Positions 13,907-28,249 are shown, counted from the first letter of the whole stretch. The stretch: DNA of 63,646 bases, filler included, from Reticulomyxa filosa (GCA_000512085.1; 18 parts of 18 records of this genome joined end to end with filler, not necessarily neighbours in it); one strand, 5' to 3'. The notes: a model not told the origin generated them from the sequence alone. Translations and numbers: made by a program.

Positions 13907-15344
13907 TCCAATTTTAAAAATATTCTAGTAAATTATTACTTAAATAACGATACATTAGCTTTACTTTGGATCGTGCAAACATGAATTGTGTATTGTATTC
14001 AAATTCGTTCAATTAATTAATATATGCATCACCTTTGTAATATTGCTATAAGCTTTTAAAATTGCAAGAAAAAGATTTTTGTCGGATTTCAGACTACTTT
14101 GTTTTAACGACAGGATTTTGCATTTTAATCTCAGTGTTGAATAGTCAAATTCTATTCTAAAACTGACAAGTTTGGAGACAAGACATGTGAACATGAGACA
14201 AAAATCAAAGTTGTCAATGAACTTGCAAAGTTCGTTGCTGCAACTATAAGAAAGTTTAATATTTTGTGACAAATTATACAAACTACAGTACCTTTTTTTG
14301 AACATTTTTTTGATAACCTTTGTAATTTTATGCTTTCTTCATTTGACAGACCTATTTATGTACTTCAACTTGCTTTGGTTTGCACTTTCGAAGCAGAAGG
14401 GTTAGTGATTGAATGATTAGCAAGGAGTAGTGCACTTTCACGCAATCTGGTGCAAAAGCTTGGAAAAAATAATCACAATGAGATTAATGTGGTTGAATGA
14501 AAAAAAATTCATATTAATCATCAAGATTAGAGTCTTTGGTTGAAAGTGACTAATACTTAAATATATCTTAAGTTCTGAAGGATATTTTGAAAGACCAATT
14601 TGAAATAATATACGATTTTTCGTTCTAGAAGTTTTTTCAAGATTCTAGTAAAAGTAAAAACAACCAAAGAACTAGAAGAAAATTTTTCTCAACGTAACAA
14701 TTTTTTATAATGATAAAAGCTTTTTTTATGGTAGTAGCTAATATCACATCATCAAGCACAAACTCAAAGAAAATTTTTTTTAGTAGTTAGATTTTGAGAT
14801 ATTGTGACTTTTCCCTTTTAACATCCTTTTTGGCAATTCATTTTTGGTGGGCAGTCGTAGTCGGTTCAGTATCTTCGGTAGGTAAGTGACTGTGATAGGT
14901 GGAAGTGCTTGTTTAAACTTACAGTGTATCTGTCGTCAGTTGATTTAAGAATACAGAATTGCAAGCTCCTGGTAATTTTTCTTTTTTTTAGGTGATAGAA
15001 TGTTGTAATATTAAAATTCCAAAAAACGAAAAAGAAAGGAAAAGAACATAGTAAACAAGCAAATCATGCGCACGGAGTACAATACTAAATTACAAAGTAA
15101 TCAATAACAAACATTTTATATTGTGGATTATCAACGTAGAATTTGTTCTAAATAGTTGTTTTCACAAAAACTTTAAAAATGAAATTATTAAATACATAGA
15201 TGACAAAAGGAAAAATATTGTAAAACAAGAACATCACTCAAAATNNNNNNNNNNNNNNNNNNNNNNNNNNNNNNNNNNNNNNNNNNNNTTAATTAATTAA
15301 NNNNNNNNNNNNNNNNNNNNNNNNNNNNNNNNNNNNNNNNNNNN

Positions 15345-16718
15345 ATAATAAGACAACAAGTTTCAGATTTATTGGTAATCTGCCCTCGGCAATATGACTT
15401 GAAAAAGAGAAAATCAAAAGAGGGAACAATATTAGGAGAAAAAGAAGAACAAGAAAATCAATGCAATTATAAAGGAAAAATAAAGGAGATAAAAGATCAT
15501 TTGGATAAACAATGTCAATTAATTTCAATTCAACATATTATTTTATTGATCAAAGAGTTGCAATTGCAATTGCAAATTGAAAAACTGAAAGCAGTTTTGT
15601 TGTATTTTTTATAATATTTCTATTTAATAAATAAAGGAAAAATATAACATAAATATATACATAATAAAAGGATGAATTAAAAGAGATGCATTTGAAAAGT
15701 AATACAGAAATTCAACAACTTAATGTATAAAGTTTTATTTAATATTTATTTGTTTTCTATTCATTAATGCTTGAATTGTTGAAACATAATAGAAAATCGA
15801 TTATTTACAACATGAATCTGTGAAAAAGAATGCACAAATAATTGAATTGACAAATGATATCCAACAAATTAAATCAGAAATAAATCAGAATATTACTAAA
15901 CTCAAAAAAAAAATTGAACAATGTCAAAGTACATGTAATTCATGCACGAAACTCAATGTAAATATTTTCTACTTTTAAAAAAAAATTGTCAATATGTGCA
16001 ATATTTCTTGGATTGACAATTCAAAATAAATAACAAAAATAGGATGAAATTAAACATTTGAAATTAGAAAAAGAAATAAATGAAAAAAAACAAAATAAAG
16101 AGATTTCAAAAATGAATAATGATAATCAAATATTAAAACAACAACGGGTACGTTCTCTTTGTATTCCTATTTTATTACACAACAAATAACAAATTACACC
16201 AATCAGGACAATATTCTTACTGAAATTAAGCAATTGAAAAAAGAAACACAGTTCAAAAATAATCAAATTTACCATCATTTTAATCCTCAATTGTTACAAA
16301 CTAAGTCAAATTCATCATCCAAATTCAATTTTGATTTGTTTCATTCATCGTTCAAATTAATCAATACATTCACTGGACATACCAATTGGACGCGGAGCAT
16401 TGATTATTCAACATTTGGTGATTGCCAATTCATCTGTTCTGGATCATATGATAAAACAGTTCGTGTATGGGATGTTGATAAAAACAAACAAATTCAATCG
16501 TTCAATGGACATTCATATAGTGTGTGTTGTGTGAAATTTTCATTATATCATTATCATAATTATCGTCAACATGTCATTTGTTCTTCATCATTGGACAAAA
16601 CCATTCGTTTTTGGAATTTCAAACATAATCAACAATTAAAAATATTCGATAGACATACTGATTGCGTTTATAGTATTGAATTTTCACCATTTAATAGTAG
16701 TAGATATTTGTGTTCTGG
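15345..16718 (+). CDS. TRAF-type zinc finger, coiled coil and WD40 protein (TRAF7-like architecture), partial, multi-exon
   Basis: VICPRQY...CNYKGKIKEIKDHLDKQC, short coiled-coil exons, then GHT..../GHS.... WD40 repeats (16159-16718). Confidence 0.8.
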
Positions 16719-16818
16719 NNNNNNNNNNNNNNNNNNNNNNNNNNNNNNNNNNNNNNNNNNNNTTAATTAATTAANNNNNNNNNNNNNNNNNNNNNNNNNN
16801 NNNNNNNNNNNNNNNNNN

Positions 16819-16858
<40 letters not shown>

Positions 16859-16910
16859 GACCTTTCCATTTTGCATAGCTTGTCAATTGTTGTTTTGGTA
16901 ACATAAAACA

Positions 16911-17655
16911 TTGACAGCTATCGACTCCGCTGGCCTGATGCTGAGATGGAAATTTTTTGACCATGCGGCTCACTTGGGTGGGTACTTTGGCGGATATGTG
17001 TATTGGAATTACCTTTGTCGCAAGTATGGAACATGCACATACAACAACAACAACAACAACAACAAGGATGACAATACCCCTTGTCGACTCGTATTTGGCC
17101 AAGGCAAATATGTGTTTGAAGGGGAATATGTTAACTTCAAGCCACGTCATAACTATGGGATCATCTACTCCCCGAGGAAAACTTATTTCGGGGAAATCGA
17201 CTCCAACTTCTTCTTGGATGGCAAAGGCTGTCTACGTAACGAACTTGATGGCACCACATTTTTCGGAAATTTCAGATCCGGATTTGTTGAGTCGTCACGG
17301 AGAACTATCTTTTATATTTTTCATTGCAACACTACTTTTTCATATTCATTACTCTACTGAACATATATGCATGCACAAATATATATATACATACATATAT
17401 AATAATAACAAGCCCGTGGGATTGGGAATACAAGAAACTCTTGATGGTTGGTGTCCGTCCAGATTCGATGGAAAATTCTTTTATAACACAATGGAATTCA
17501 AACCATCTGAACTGGGTCAGTTTTTTGATGAGTCAATTGATGTCAGTATATTCACAACGCAAGAGGACCCAAAAGGAACAGAACATATTGAGCCATCGCA
17601 ACAAAATGAAAACGTGCAAGATCAAAGTGTGCAAAACGAAAGCGTGCAAAAATGA
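16911..17655 (+). CDS. PARL-like rhomboid protease C-terminus followed by MORN-like repeats (partial; intron about 17286-17412)
   Basis: AIDSAGLMLRWKFFDHAAHLGG matches the PARL catalytic-His helix. It is followed by YVFEGEY..GIIY..TYFGEI...DGKG...DGTTFFGNFRSG. Confidence 0.72.
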
Positions 17656-18002
17656 AAACACAAGCAATTGAACTGAATGTTATTTTTTCTTTTGCAATGT
17701 CATTGAGGGAATGCAAACAACAAATCACTGCCATTTCTTTTTTTTTTAAAAAAAATAAATAAATAACATGCAATATGTTTTCAAATGTCGCAAACTTCAA
17801 TATTTCACCTTTTTTTTTTTTGACAAGTTTAAGCACTATTCCAATAAATACAAAATCATTTTTACAATAAGCAAAGAAGTAAAGTTTTCAACAAAAAAAA
17901 AAAAAAACACCAAACAAAATGAAATGATTGAAGGGACAGACAATAATGTCAGCAAAAAAGTCATAGTGCAATGCAATGCAATATAATATGATGTAATGTT
18001 TT

Positions 18003-18566
18003 TTACCATGAAATCGTGAGTTGATGGTGACAATCATCACGAAGTACTTGGATACAGGAAATGATGTCGTCAATTCCCTCCTTTTTAGTTGACTCAAAGC
18101 AATTGGTAATGTTAAGTTCTGTGATGCACTGGTATCCGACCCATTGACTCAAGTAGTCAATGACATCGTCAGACAGCCACAAGGGGTCGGAGTCGGACAA
18201 GCCGCAGTCATACTTTGTCAAAAAATGTTTCAAGAAGCGTATTTTCCCTTGGGTGTTTCGAACGTGTGCAATTAACCCCTCTTTTAATGACTTCCATCCC
18301 TTTGCAGTAAGTAGTCGCAAGTCGCTCAAATTCAACAGCGACAAATGCGAGTTGTTTGCAATCCCTTGAGAAAGCAAGGCAATCCCATTGTCGGTGATGT
18401 CACTGTTTAGTTGCAGCTGTAGCGACGACAAATTGCTATGTTTTTCCAGCAATTTGCCAAGTGACTCACAGCACTTGTTCGTCAAATTGCAGCTGCCCAA
18501 GCGAAGGGACATTAACGATTCATTCTGCAATAGTCCTTTCGTCCCACCATTGTCATACATGTACAC

Positions 18567-18603
<37 letters not shown>

Positions 18604-19068
18604 ATTACATGCAAACATGCACACATACATTTAACAAATACAAAAAGAAGCACATACATACCTTGACACAATGCATTGACTCCATTATCACCGAATGTGG
18701 TATTAAGCGATAAGTCGAGTTTTTCCATGTGATAACTTCCGGCCATCATGGCACCCAAATACTCGCCACTTTTTTCAGAGATGGAATTCGCGGACAGATT
18801 GATGGAATGAATGGCCGAGGGTTCGGTTAAAAATGGCACGTCGTGTTTGTCTTGCTGGTCTTCCTTCGCATGTATCAATGACGACGTCCCCTCTTTCTCT
18901 TCTTTCTTGTTGTTCTTGCGTTTCCTGGCGTCCAAGCCCAAAGGCTTTCGTCGCAGCGCATTGCACAGCACGAGCACGGCGTCATCCGTTATCTCATTGC
19001 GCGGCAATTCGAGGCTGCGAAGGACCTTGTTTCTGGCAAGTCCGGGGCAGATGCAGCATAGCTTATCA
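18003..19068 (-). CDS. RNI-like leucine-rich repeat protein, partial, with TA-rich intron (about 18537-18660)
   Basis: Repeats such as INLSANSISEKSGEYLG, LDLSLNTTFGDNGVNALCQG, LRLGSCNLTNKCCESLG and LQLQLNSDITDNGIALLSQG. Confidence 0.88.
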
Positions 19069-19168
19069 NNNNNNNNNNNNNNNNNNNNNNNNNNNNNNNN
19101 NNNNNNNNNNNNTTAATTAATTAANNNNNNNNNNNNNNNNNNNNNNNNNNNNNNNNNNNNNNNNNNNN

Positions 19169-22100
19169 TATATATATATATATATATATATGTATATGCT
19201 AGTCAAAATAATTCCTCTTCTTTCTTACCAATGTCAAATTTGTTTTCCTTCGGAGAGGTTTCGAGTTTGGATACAGCTTTTTCTTTTGACACTTTTTCAT
19301 TTGAATTTGTACGCTGTGGATTGGATGGGCGTGCTGGATCCGAGTTATTTGATTGTTTCGTTTTTGAAATAGCTTTGGGTGTATGATCTTCATGTTCGAT
19401 CAGACTACTTTCACTTTTATGCTGTTCTATTTGGCGAGGGGATGGTACGGCTGGCGTTGCGACAGTTGTCTTTTTATTCTTACTGTTGCTGTTACTGCTA
19501 CTATTGTTATCATTGCTGTTGTCATTGTTCATTAGTTTGGCTTGCTGTGGCTGCACTTGAATGTTCGGGACAGTCTCTGGAGATTTGCTGGCATTCGCTG
19601 TTAAAACAGGACTATCGGTCAGTCCCGTTCGAGCAGTCTTCGAAAACGAACCCTTTTGCTTATTCTCGGTTTCATAATCGTCAAGACTCGGATCATCCGA
19701 CAAAGTGTCCGAGATTGTCAGTTGCTTTGTTAAGGGAAGTCTTTTATTACTTTCTTTTTCTTTTCCTTTTTCTTTTTCTTTTGCTTCTTCTTTGTCGACA
19801 TATTTGGGCTTGCTTTCCTCCGTTTGTTCCGTTGCATCTGTGTCAGTTTCTTCCTCATCAATCACCGGCATTGTTGAATCCAACTTTGCTTTTGTTTGTT
19901 CTTCCATCGGGGTCCCTTCAACCGCTATTGTCAACTCTACCGTCTCTCTATTCTATTGCACAACACACAAATTTATATGCATATACACATATATGTACTA
20001 TATATATATATATAAATAGAGATGTATTTGAATGATTGCCAGTTAATATAACATTGTTTCTGTTTTTGTTTGAAAAAAGATTTGTGTCGCAAAACTTTCT
20101 CAACAATGGATCGTTTTTGTACTTGATCAACTTCTTCATCATTAGCTTCATCTTGACATCAATGCATTATTTTGTTCAAATAAAAGCAATGAATAATTAA
20201 AAACAAACAAACAAATACAATACCCTTACATGGTAATGTGGCAATTGACGCTTGTTTTCGCTCTTCTTCTTCTTCTTCTTCTTCCGCAGCATCATCTACA
20301 TTTCACAATACCCAGTCCATAGAGAGGGGGAATCAATCACATTCACAATTTCAATCAACACATTTGATCCTACTTTTCTTCACTCCCCCTTTTAACATAG
20401 AAAAAAAAAGAAAAAAGGTAAGGAAAAGCTGAACAAGGCAAGGTTGCTGGATGCACATAATTTGTCGTCGTTTTCTTTCCATTGTTCGACACTTGGAAGA
20501 AAGAAAAGCAAGGTGAAAATAAAGAGAGGTGAGAGAAAGAAGGAAAATAAAACAAAAAAAAAGAGTAAAAAAATTCAACAAACAAAAACAAAGAATACCT
20601 TGTTTTGTATTTTCATTGTCTTCATTGAATGAAGGCGATTCAATGCTGTCATCAACAGGCATTGTTGCCTCCAACACTTTTTTTTTTTAAATAGAAAGAC
20701 AAGACACATACACATGTTTATATAAAATCTTGATTTTTGTATGATCGAAATGATTCCAACAACAAAGTATTGATGTTTGTAATTGCTAAACTTTGTTTCT
20801 CACAAGTGACAGGCGCTTTTGTCCGTTGTTTGTTACTTCGGTTTTCTTCTTCTTCTTCATTCATTTCATCTGTGTTGTAACAATTTCTGTTTGTTTGTTT
20901 GAATTTGAAATGCCGATTACTTAACAGGCAATAGTTTGAGGCAGATCAGCACGGCCATTTGCCTCTGTCTCGGTCTTAATTGTCTCTTCTGCAAAATCAT
21001 ATTCCATCGTGGCTTCCAAATTTTCTATAGCGCATTGAGGTTGAGAAAAAGGGAAGAAATAAGGACATATTTTAAAATATCAAATAGAAAAGTGCAGAGT
21101 ATATCAAAAGATTTTGGTAACTTTCACTTTTGCATGAATTCGTGTTGTTGTTGTTGTTGTTGTTGTTATGTTCGGTTGTGTCAGACGGCATAGTGGAAGC
21201 CAGTTGATCACATCCGCTCTTATTGTCTAGAGAGCACAGACACACAGACAGATTCATTTGTACTCAAGTCATTTCCAAACAAACAAAAAAAAAAAGAGTA
21301 TTATTATTTTTTTTTTTTGCAATGTACACATGCACACAGACATTAGCAAACAAAGAAAAAAGAATATTTCGAACCAACAAGTCCGATTAGTGAGTCATTT
21401 CCACTGTCACTACAATCGTCAAATGGCATGGTTTGGTCTAATATTTTGGAAGGTTTCTTTGTCGCTGATTATTATTATTATTTATTATTATTGTTATTAT
21501 GTTTCAAGAATGGATGTCTTCCATACAACAGCAATAATAAAAATAAAAAAAATAATAATAATAATAAAAGAACTTTGTCTGAGATGAATCGGAGTGACAA
21601 GATCACCACTTGCAAGTTCATTCATCGACGTGTCTGCATTTGCATTGTCTGTGGTTGCGTCTCCGCCCGAAGGGAAGGAGGTTTCAGACCCATTTGACGT
21701 CCTACGTTTCAGTGGGGTTTTCATTTGCGCCTTACCGTTGCCATTCTTTGCACTAATTTATTCCATCATGCACACACACACACATACATTTGCAAAGGAC
21801 TCTCCACACAAACATTGCACATCCAAAAAAAAAAAAAAAAAAGAACAAGTTAGAGTCTGGGACAGGATGAGAATGAGAGCTGTTATCTTCGTAGTCATCG
21901 TCAAAAGGTAAAGTGGACTCTAATATCGCTCGCTTGGCAGCGAGAGAGGGCGAAGCAGAGCGACCATGGTGGCGATTCGGACGTTTGACAGCACTCGGAT
22001 TATCTTCCAATTTATTCGTGAGTTCTTCTTTCATTGTTGTCAAATGTTTACGTTTGACTACTGTTGTTGTTGCTGCTGCTTTTTGTTCACGTTTCTCTTC

Positions 22101-22200
22101 TTCTTCTTCCTTCTGTTTCTGCACTTCCTCTCGATAATCCTTGGCAAACCAAATTGAAGCTTCACATCTATTTTATCCCCACCACATTTTACAAAACTGC
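19169..22200 (-). CDS. Multi-exon low-complexity hydrophilic protein, function unknown
   Basis: Charged S/T/E/K-rich exons (19203-19934, 21753-22124 and others) separated by AT/microsatellite introns. No recognisable domain. Confidence 0.5.
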
Positions 22201-22599
22201 CTTATGGTACGCACGCAGCTGCATTTTTTTTTTTTTTTTTTTTTACTATGCGCTCATGCCAAAGGTACGCCTCCTTCCAATGATTGTAAATAGCAAAAAA
22301 AAAAANNNNNNNNNNNNNNNNNNNNNNNNNNNNNNNNNNNNNNNNNNNNTTAATTAATTAANNNNNNNNNNNNNNNNNNNNNNNNNNNNNNNNNNNNNNN
22401 NNNNNCATTGCTTGTTCACATTGTTTTTCTTTATGAATTCAACAGCAACATTCTATCTCCATCTAAAAAAAAACACAAGAAAAACAACAATAAGCAAAGG
22501 CTGCATAATAAAAAATCTGCTGATGAAATCTTATTGCTAAGACGTGAATTGGCAGATATTGAGCCGGCATTCCAGCAATTAAAATCCTTAATAGTGCAG

Positions 22600-23030
22600 A
22601 TGAGGGTTGGTAATCGATCAAGATATGAAATTAACATTGCAAATATCAATATGCAAGCAGATCTATAATCAATTGATTTTATTCCAAACTTGCATCAAAA
22701 GCAGCACCACATCTGTTTATTGCAAGAAGGATTCAGATCAAGAAGGACATCGATTATAACTCCAGTATCTTTATGTTCATCACTGGAGTGAGACAGGAAG
22801 ATCTGGAGTGTTATGTCGAAGATATTTACATTCATCATACGGTTATTCAATTTATTTGGTGAAAATCTCGTGTCCTGATCAAAAGAGACCGTTATTGTTC
22901 TGCATTCGAGCAAGAATGACAATCTGCTATGAAAATCGCTGAATATATTGTCATTGGAGGAGATTGTAATGTGGTTAGATCATAATATCGACGATGCAGG
23001 TGAGAATATTCTTGCAATAAGATGTATTAT
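22600..23030 (+). mobile_element. Decayed non-LTR retrotransposon APE endonuclease remnant
   Basis: Ordered motifs across frameshifts: IANIN, HICLLQE (22708-22728), HWSETGRSGVL, EYIVIGGDCN (about 22941-22970), WLDHNIDDAGENIL. Confidence 0.62.
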
Positions 23031-24099
23031 TCCAAGAGAAAAATTCAGCGAGACATTTGTCGTCGTACAAGAAAGCCCAGCAATTGCAGTACTAAATAAT
23101 ACAATACGTTACAAAAAGTAATTAACAAACAACATTCAAGCTTCAACATTGAGGCAATAATTTTATTTTAAAATTTGTTTAGGTGAAGATAGAGATTGCA
23201 TCCTTTTATAACATTTCAAAATGATATCAATTTAACCCCCAAAACTTTATGTGCTCATCACATTTAATAGCCTTGCCTCACCAGCTCAGAGGGGATCCAA
23301 GGATCCCTTTGGGACCACGCTCAGAATCAAATTAAGATGGATAAAATGTAACACTCTTACAAATTTAAACAAAACTATTGCACTCAAAAATAAACATAAA
23401 ATTTGCTGAAGCATTTTTTTCTTTGGTTTTCGGGTGCATTTTCTTTAGTTTCCAGGCCTTTGGAGCCTTCAGTGATCTTGCCTTCTGTGGCCTTTTCTTG
23501 CTCGTGCCTGCGGTTCCTCGCACGCTGCTAGAGCAAGTGCTTTCCGCGCATCTAAATGAGATGTTGGTCGCGATGAGGAGATGCTGTTACCCCTGTTGGC
23601 TTTTTTTTTTTGAAAAGGTTTTATTGTATTCATTGACATTTAGTGAACACAAGATTATTTGTCAGTTGATTTATTGAATGAGAAATAATTCATTGTTGGT
23701 GATCGACGGTTGAAACCAGATGTCAGTATTAAAGTTGTAAAAGTAGCAGCCAATTTCGTAGTCGATACCAAGAGAAGGATTTGAATAATTGTCAAGCTTC
23801 TTCAAGAAAATCTCAATTTAAATTGAAATAACTTTATTGTTTTTCATTTGACTATTTTTGCATGGATCTTTTTGGTCTTTCTTTTGTTTTGTGTTTCTTT
23901 GAGTACTGTGTTCTATTTCTTAAAATGATGTGCTCTTGTGACTTGAAAGATCGAGTTTTGTGCAGGCAAAAAGAAGTGCGAGTTGATGATGAGTCCAACT
24001 CGACACGCTCCCACTACAACCTATCTAAAAAAAATGTTCATGGATTCATATTCATGTCGGTATTTGATTAATCTGTTCCGACTTACATTTGCATCATTG

Positions 24100-24960
24100 C
24101 TTTGAATGGTTGCACGAGCGTCGCATCTCTTTGAATACTGCTTTCAATTTTGCTTTTGTTTTATGGCCTTTGAACTAGTTGATGTTCTGCCACTTTATTG
24201 TTATTATTATTGCCCTTTTCTTTTTTCTTTGAGTGCTCTTGATATTCTCTTTTGGCTGGTTGATGCTGAATGCTTTGCGATGCCTTCTCTTCAGGAATCA
24301 TCTTCTTTCCTCGTCGCAGTGAATCACTTGGATGATTCTTTGATGTTTCGTGGTTTTTCAAGCACAATACTTGCATGTTTTTCTTTTATTTGAAATTCCG
24401 ACATTGCTTGAAGTGATGTTTGGTCTTGACTTGTTTTTGTCATATAAGACATCCTTGTCTTGAAGGACCTTAATCGCTTTTCACTTTGGATAATGTCCAT
24501 GACAATAGGCATTCGGTTGACCACATCAACTGAATAACCATACTCTCCAATATCTCTTTGATTTTGTTTCACTTTCCAGTCTTATTCAGTTCAGGATTGA
24601 ATATTTCTTGTTTCCGTTTTAATTTCACATTCGCAGCAAAATGAACATTGTTCTGAGATTGCCAGAGAATGTGTGAGCAATAACGTTTCGTCCCAATGAA
24701 TCTTTGTTCTTCAAGCCGTGATGAGGAATATAGAAAATTATGTCGAATTCTTGTTCATTCTTCTTTGTCTTGATATTGTTTTCAATATCCATTTCTGATT
24801 TCGTGTGTTGACTTGATCTTTGTGACAATACCAGAATTTCCAAATAACTCATTCAACATATCCTATTTTGTTCTATGTTTCAACGTCACATCGAATCCTT
24901 TAGAATTACAATCGGTACAATCACAAGTTTGAGAATTTGCTTGCTCCATCTTTTTAAACA
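24100..24960 (-). mobile_element. Possible decayed non-LTR ORF1 (gag-like) remnant
   Basis: EYGYSVDVVNRM followed by a broken zinc-knuckle-like FKQCRN / NKRKTCKYCA at about 24361-24415. Heavily frameshifted. Confidence 0.35.
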
Positions 24961-25404
24961 GCAAACAAAAGTTTTAAAGCTCCTGTTTGCTTCTTTTCAG
25001 TCGCAGAATACGTGCTGAGAAAGCAGAACTTCTTTTATGAACATGTGTTTCTATTGGCCTGCTAGCCTTGCCAACGGCTTTCTCGTTAGCACCTCGTTTG
25101 ATAAAATGCTCTTTCTTTTAACCGCACGCGCCTCAAAATCTGTGAAGTTTACACCATCCAAAAATAAATTGCAACAAGTACGTTGCCAGAGGGTAACAAA
25201 AGAGTTGAAAGCCATACTCAATCTTTATATCACTATAAAAAAAATTTCACTAGTTGAAATTACTTCGAATTTTGTATTGCGATATCTAGTAAGTTGAAAA
25301 TTGTCGACTTTTTCATGATCTTTCATATCTTTCGAAATATTTGCTTTGCTTTCTAGATCTTGCTAATTTTTCACGATTATAGTCGATTGTAGATTTTTTT
25401 TATG

Positions 25405-25680
25405 TTAAATATCCAAGTTTCCTCGCAGCTTTTCCATACTTAATTAATATTTGGATAAGTCATGTTAGAATCCAGAAACTTCACATGATCATATTCCTTA
25501 ATGTTTGTGGAATTTCCTCTTATTTTAATGTCTGAATGTGATACACTGTGTCTTATCAGCTGCAAATAACATCTTCCATTTGTTCGGACAAATATATACT
25601 TCGTCCAGACTTTGCTGCAATAATTGCAATTGATCATTCATCAATATCGTCTATAAATATCGATGTCCAAATTGCCACTT
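25405..25680 (-). mobile_element. Decayed non-LTR reverse transcriptase remnant (post-YADD region and thumb)
   Basis: Reads VAIWTS / QLQLLQQSLDEVYICPNKWKMLFAADKTQCITF / IKEYDHVKFLDSNMTY / YGKAARKLGYL across frameshifts. Confidence 0.68.
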
Positions 25681-26644
25681 ATTATTTAGTACTGTATTTA
25701 ATTTAAATGATTGCTTGTTTTTACAATTCAACTTATGCATTCTTCCTGCTAAAAAAAACTAGTGTCAGACATGTTCTGAAGTGCAGTTAACGTGTCTGCA
25801 TACATTCTTTGTGCTAAGCGATGTTCGACATTCTACCATAAATCGCCCGTTACCATTAAAAGAGTTACTACCAGTGGCTTGTACATCAGTGCTCTTAAAG
25901 TAACTAATTACAAGATACATGTTAAGTTTTACTAAACACTTTCACATATCAAAGTCACTCACCAATCCTTTCAAAATTATTAAAATAAAAAAAATTTTAT
26001 TTAAACTCAAACAATTTCAAACTTTCCCAAAACAAAGTCAAAACAACAAATTTGACACCTACATCAGGCTAGCAATAACAAAACAAACCATTGTGCCTTG
26101 TCGCGCTTGGAAGCATCCGCACATTTCCAAGGCTTGTGAATGCGATCTGGACTGTCGAATTAATGTGTTACTGCCATAATTGGCTCTACTGCAATGGAAA
26201 ATAAAAATATTGGCAATAAATATCAAATAATTTACCAAAAGACTAGCCCTAAAATATACCAAATTGTCAAAATGCTTTTGGACAATCAAACTTTCAAATC
26301 TTCCAATATAATTTATACTAATTTTTTTTTGCTGTATTGTACAATCAATCTTGAACAATTTTAAAAAAAGTAACTGAATCATAAAGAAAATTAAGAACAA
26401 GTTTATTTAACTTTTTTTGTATAATATTACATTAACTAATCTTCTATTCTATGTTTCAATTCATTCGTGAAAATGCGACAATAACAAAAATATTGATCAA
26501 ATTTTTATGGCACAAGTCTTAAAGTCAAAGCATGTTTTGAAACTGTCAATAATAATAAACAAATTGTGTAATCTCTTGCAGGCTACCATTAGATAATCAA
26601 TCGTCTTTGTGTCTTTTTGTAACAGAAAAGTCCCGATTTCTTCA

Positions 26645-28200
26645 ATGAACGCAATGAAAACTAAAGACATGCCTTCTGTGAATGACAGCAAAAAAGAAGA
26701 TGATGCAAAGGTTTCATTTGTTTTAGAAAAAGCAGTGCCGAGACGACAAGTGAACCGACAAAAGAGATATGAGAGTTTGAAGTCGACAATGACAACAAAA
26801 AAGGCAAAAGCAATCCTTCAAATACAATCACCACCTGTAGTTCCTTTGACGGGTCCCATTGGTCAAGGATTACCCCGTCAAGTATTTACGGCATTACTGC
26901 TTGGATTCTGTAGCAAATGCTTTCGACACAGTTTGTCTTTGCATGTACTTATTATCAAATAAAATTGTTATAAAATTTTTAAAAAAGTGAGCAGCGACGA
27001 ATACTTTGACGGAGTAATGGAATGCAACGAAGAAATTATGGTAGCATTGACAAGCCAAATGACAAGTGTCATGAGTCGCTGGGGCGGTACAGTGTGGCTG
27101 AACAAAGCTTATGAGTTGCAAGGATACGTACCCAATATCAAAGCAACTGCGTCGATTTCATCGCGTACATTCCAGTTGATTTTGACGAGTTTTGCAATTC
27201 CAGACTTCCCACAGCGATTGCAGTTATGGAAGGTTCTCGATGGACAATTTTCCTCCCTTATCGAGCCACGAAATATTATACTTACGTTAACGAAAGCTTT
27301 GAACGAAATTATGCACGTTCAGTAGATACTTTTGCTTTGTATTTAATCCATGCCCTTTTCATGCTTGCAATACGTAGTATAATTTTTTTGTTTTTGATAT
27401 GAATTGAAAGGCCAAAGAGTACCAGAAAATTGTGATTGCATCGCTGATTATTGAAAAGTTTCGACATAACAGATATGGACATGAGATTTGGAAACCTTCA
27501 GACAGCACTACCCTTTTGCGCCTGCTTGCGCCAAAACCATCTCGTGCCGAGGAAAATAAACTCAAAATCATGGACGAGTCGATTGGTTCTGTCTCTATCG
27601 CGCACGAAAAGTACATTTGCGCACCACATGTTTTGAAACAAATCCATCAAAAAGGAATCGACTTGGGCTTCTCTGGTTTTTTTGTTTATATTCCTATGAG
27701 TCCATGTATGCAACATTTGTTCAATTGTTTAGCTTTGTCCATACTTTCACATAGATGGAATCAACACCAAAAACCCGCTTTTGGAAATCAATGATGAAAA
27801 TGTAGTATTTGATATGTTGCAAGAAAAATTACAACTCGAATCAAGGAAAGAAGATCAAAAGGCAGTGGTGAATAATTGATTTTTTTTGTAATATCTTTGA
27901 TAACATGCCAAAAAAACAATTTTTTACACATAATTAGGATAATAATAAAATTGTCGTAAACGATCCTTTGAACCCAAGTATTTTACCATTACCCTCGAAT
28001 GGTATAATATCTTCACTTTCTATACATTTTTTCTCAACTTTTCAAACGTATAATGCTTATTTACCATAAACTACTCAGTGACCAAACAGGCAGCTATGGC
28101 GCCAATGCCTCATTCAATTCCCATGGCCATATCTCCAAGTATTATTGCAAAGTCTTACTCATCTTTTTTTATTGTTTCTATCCGCACTGAATTTTACGTG
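26645..28200 (+). CDS. Multi-exon hypothetical protein
   Basis: Successive + ORFs (26609-26962, 26987-27325, 27432-27794) with GT..AG AT-rich gaps. No recognised domain. Confidence 0.55.
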
Positions 28201-28249
28201 CATTTATTTGTACTTTTAAAAAGTAGTTAAAAAAGATAAATACAGTACA

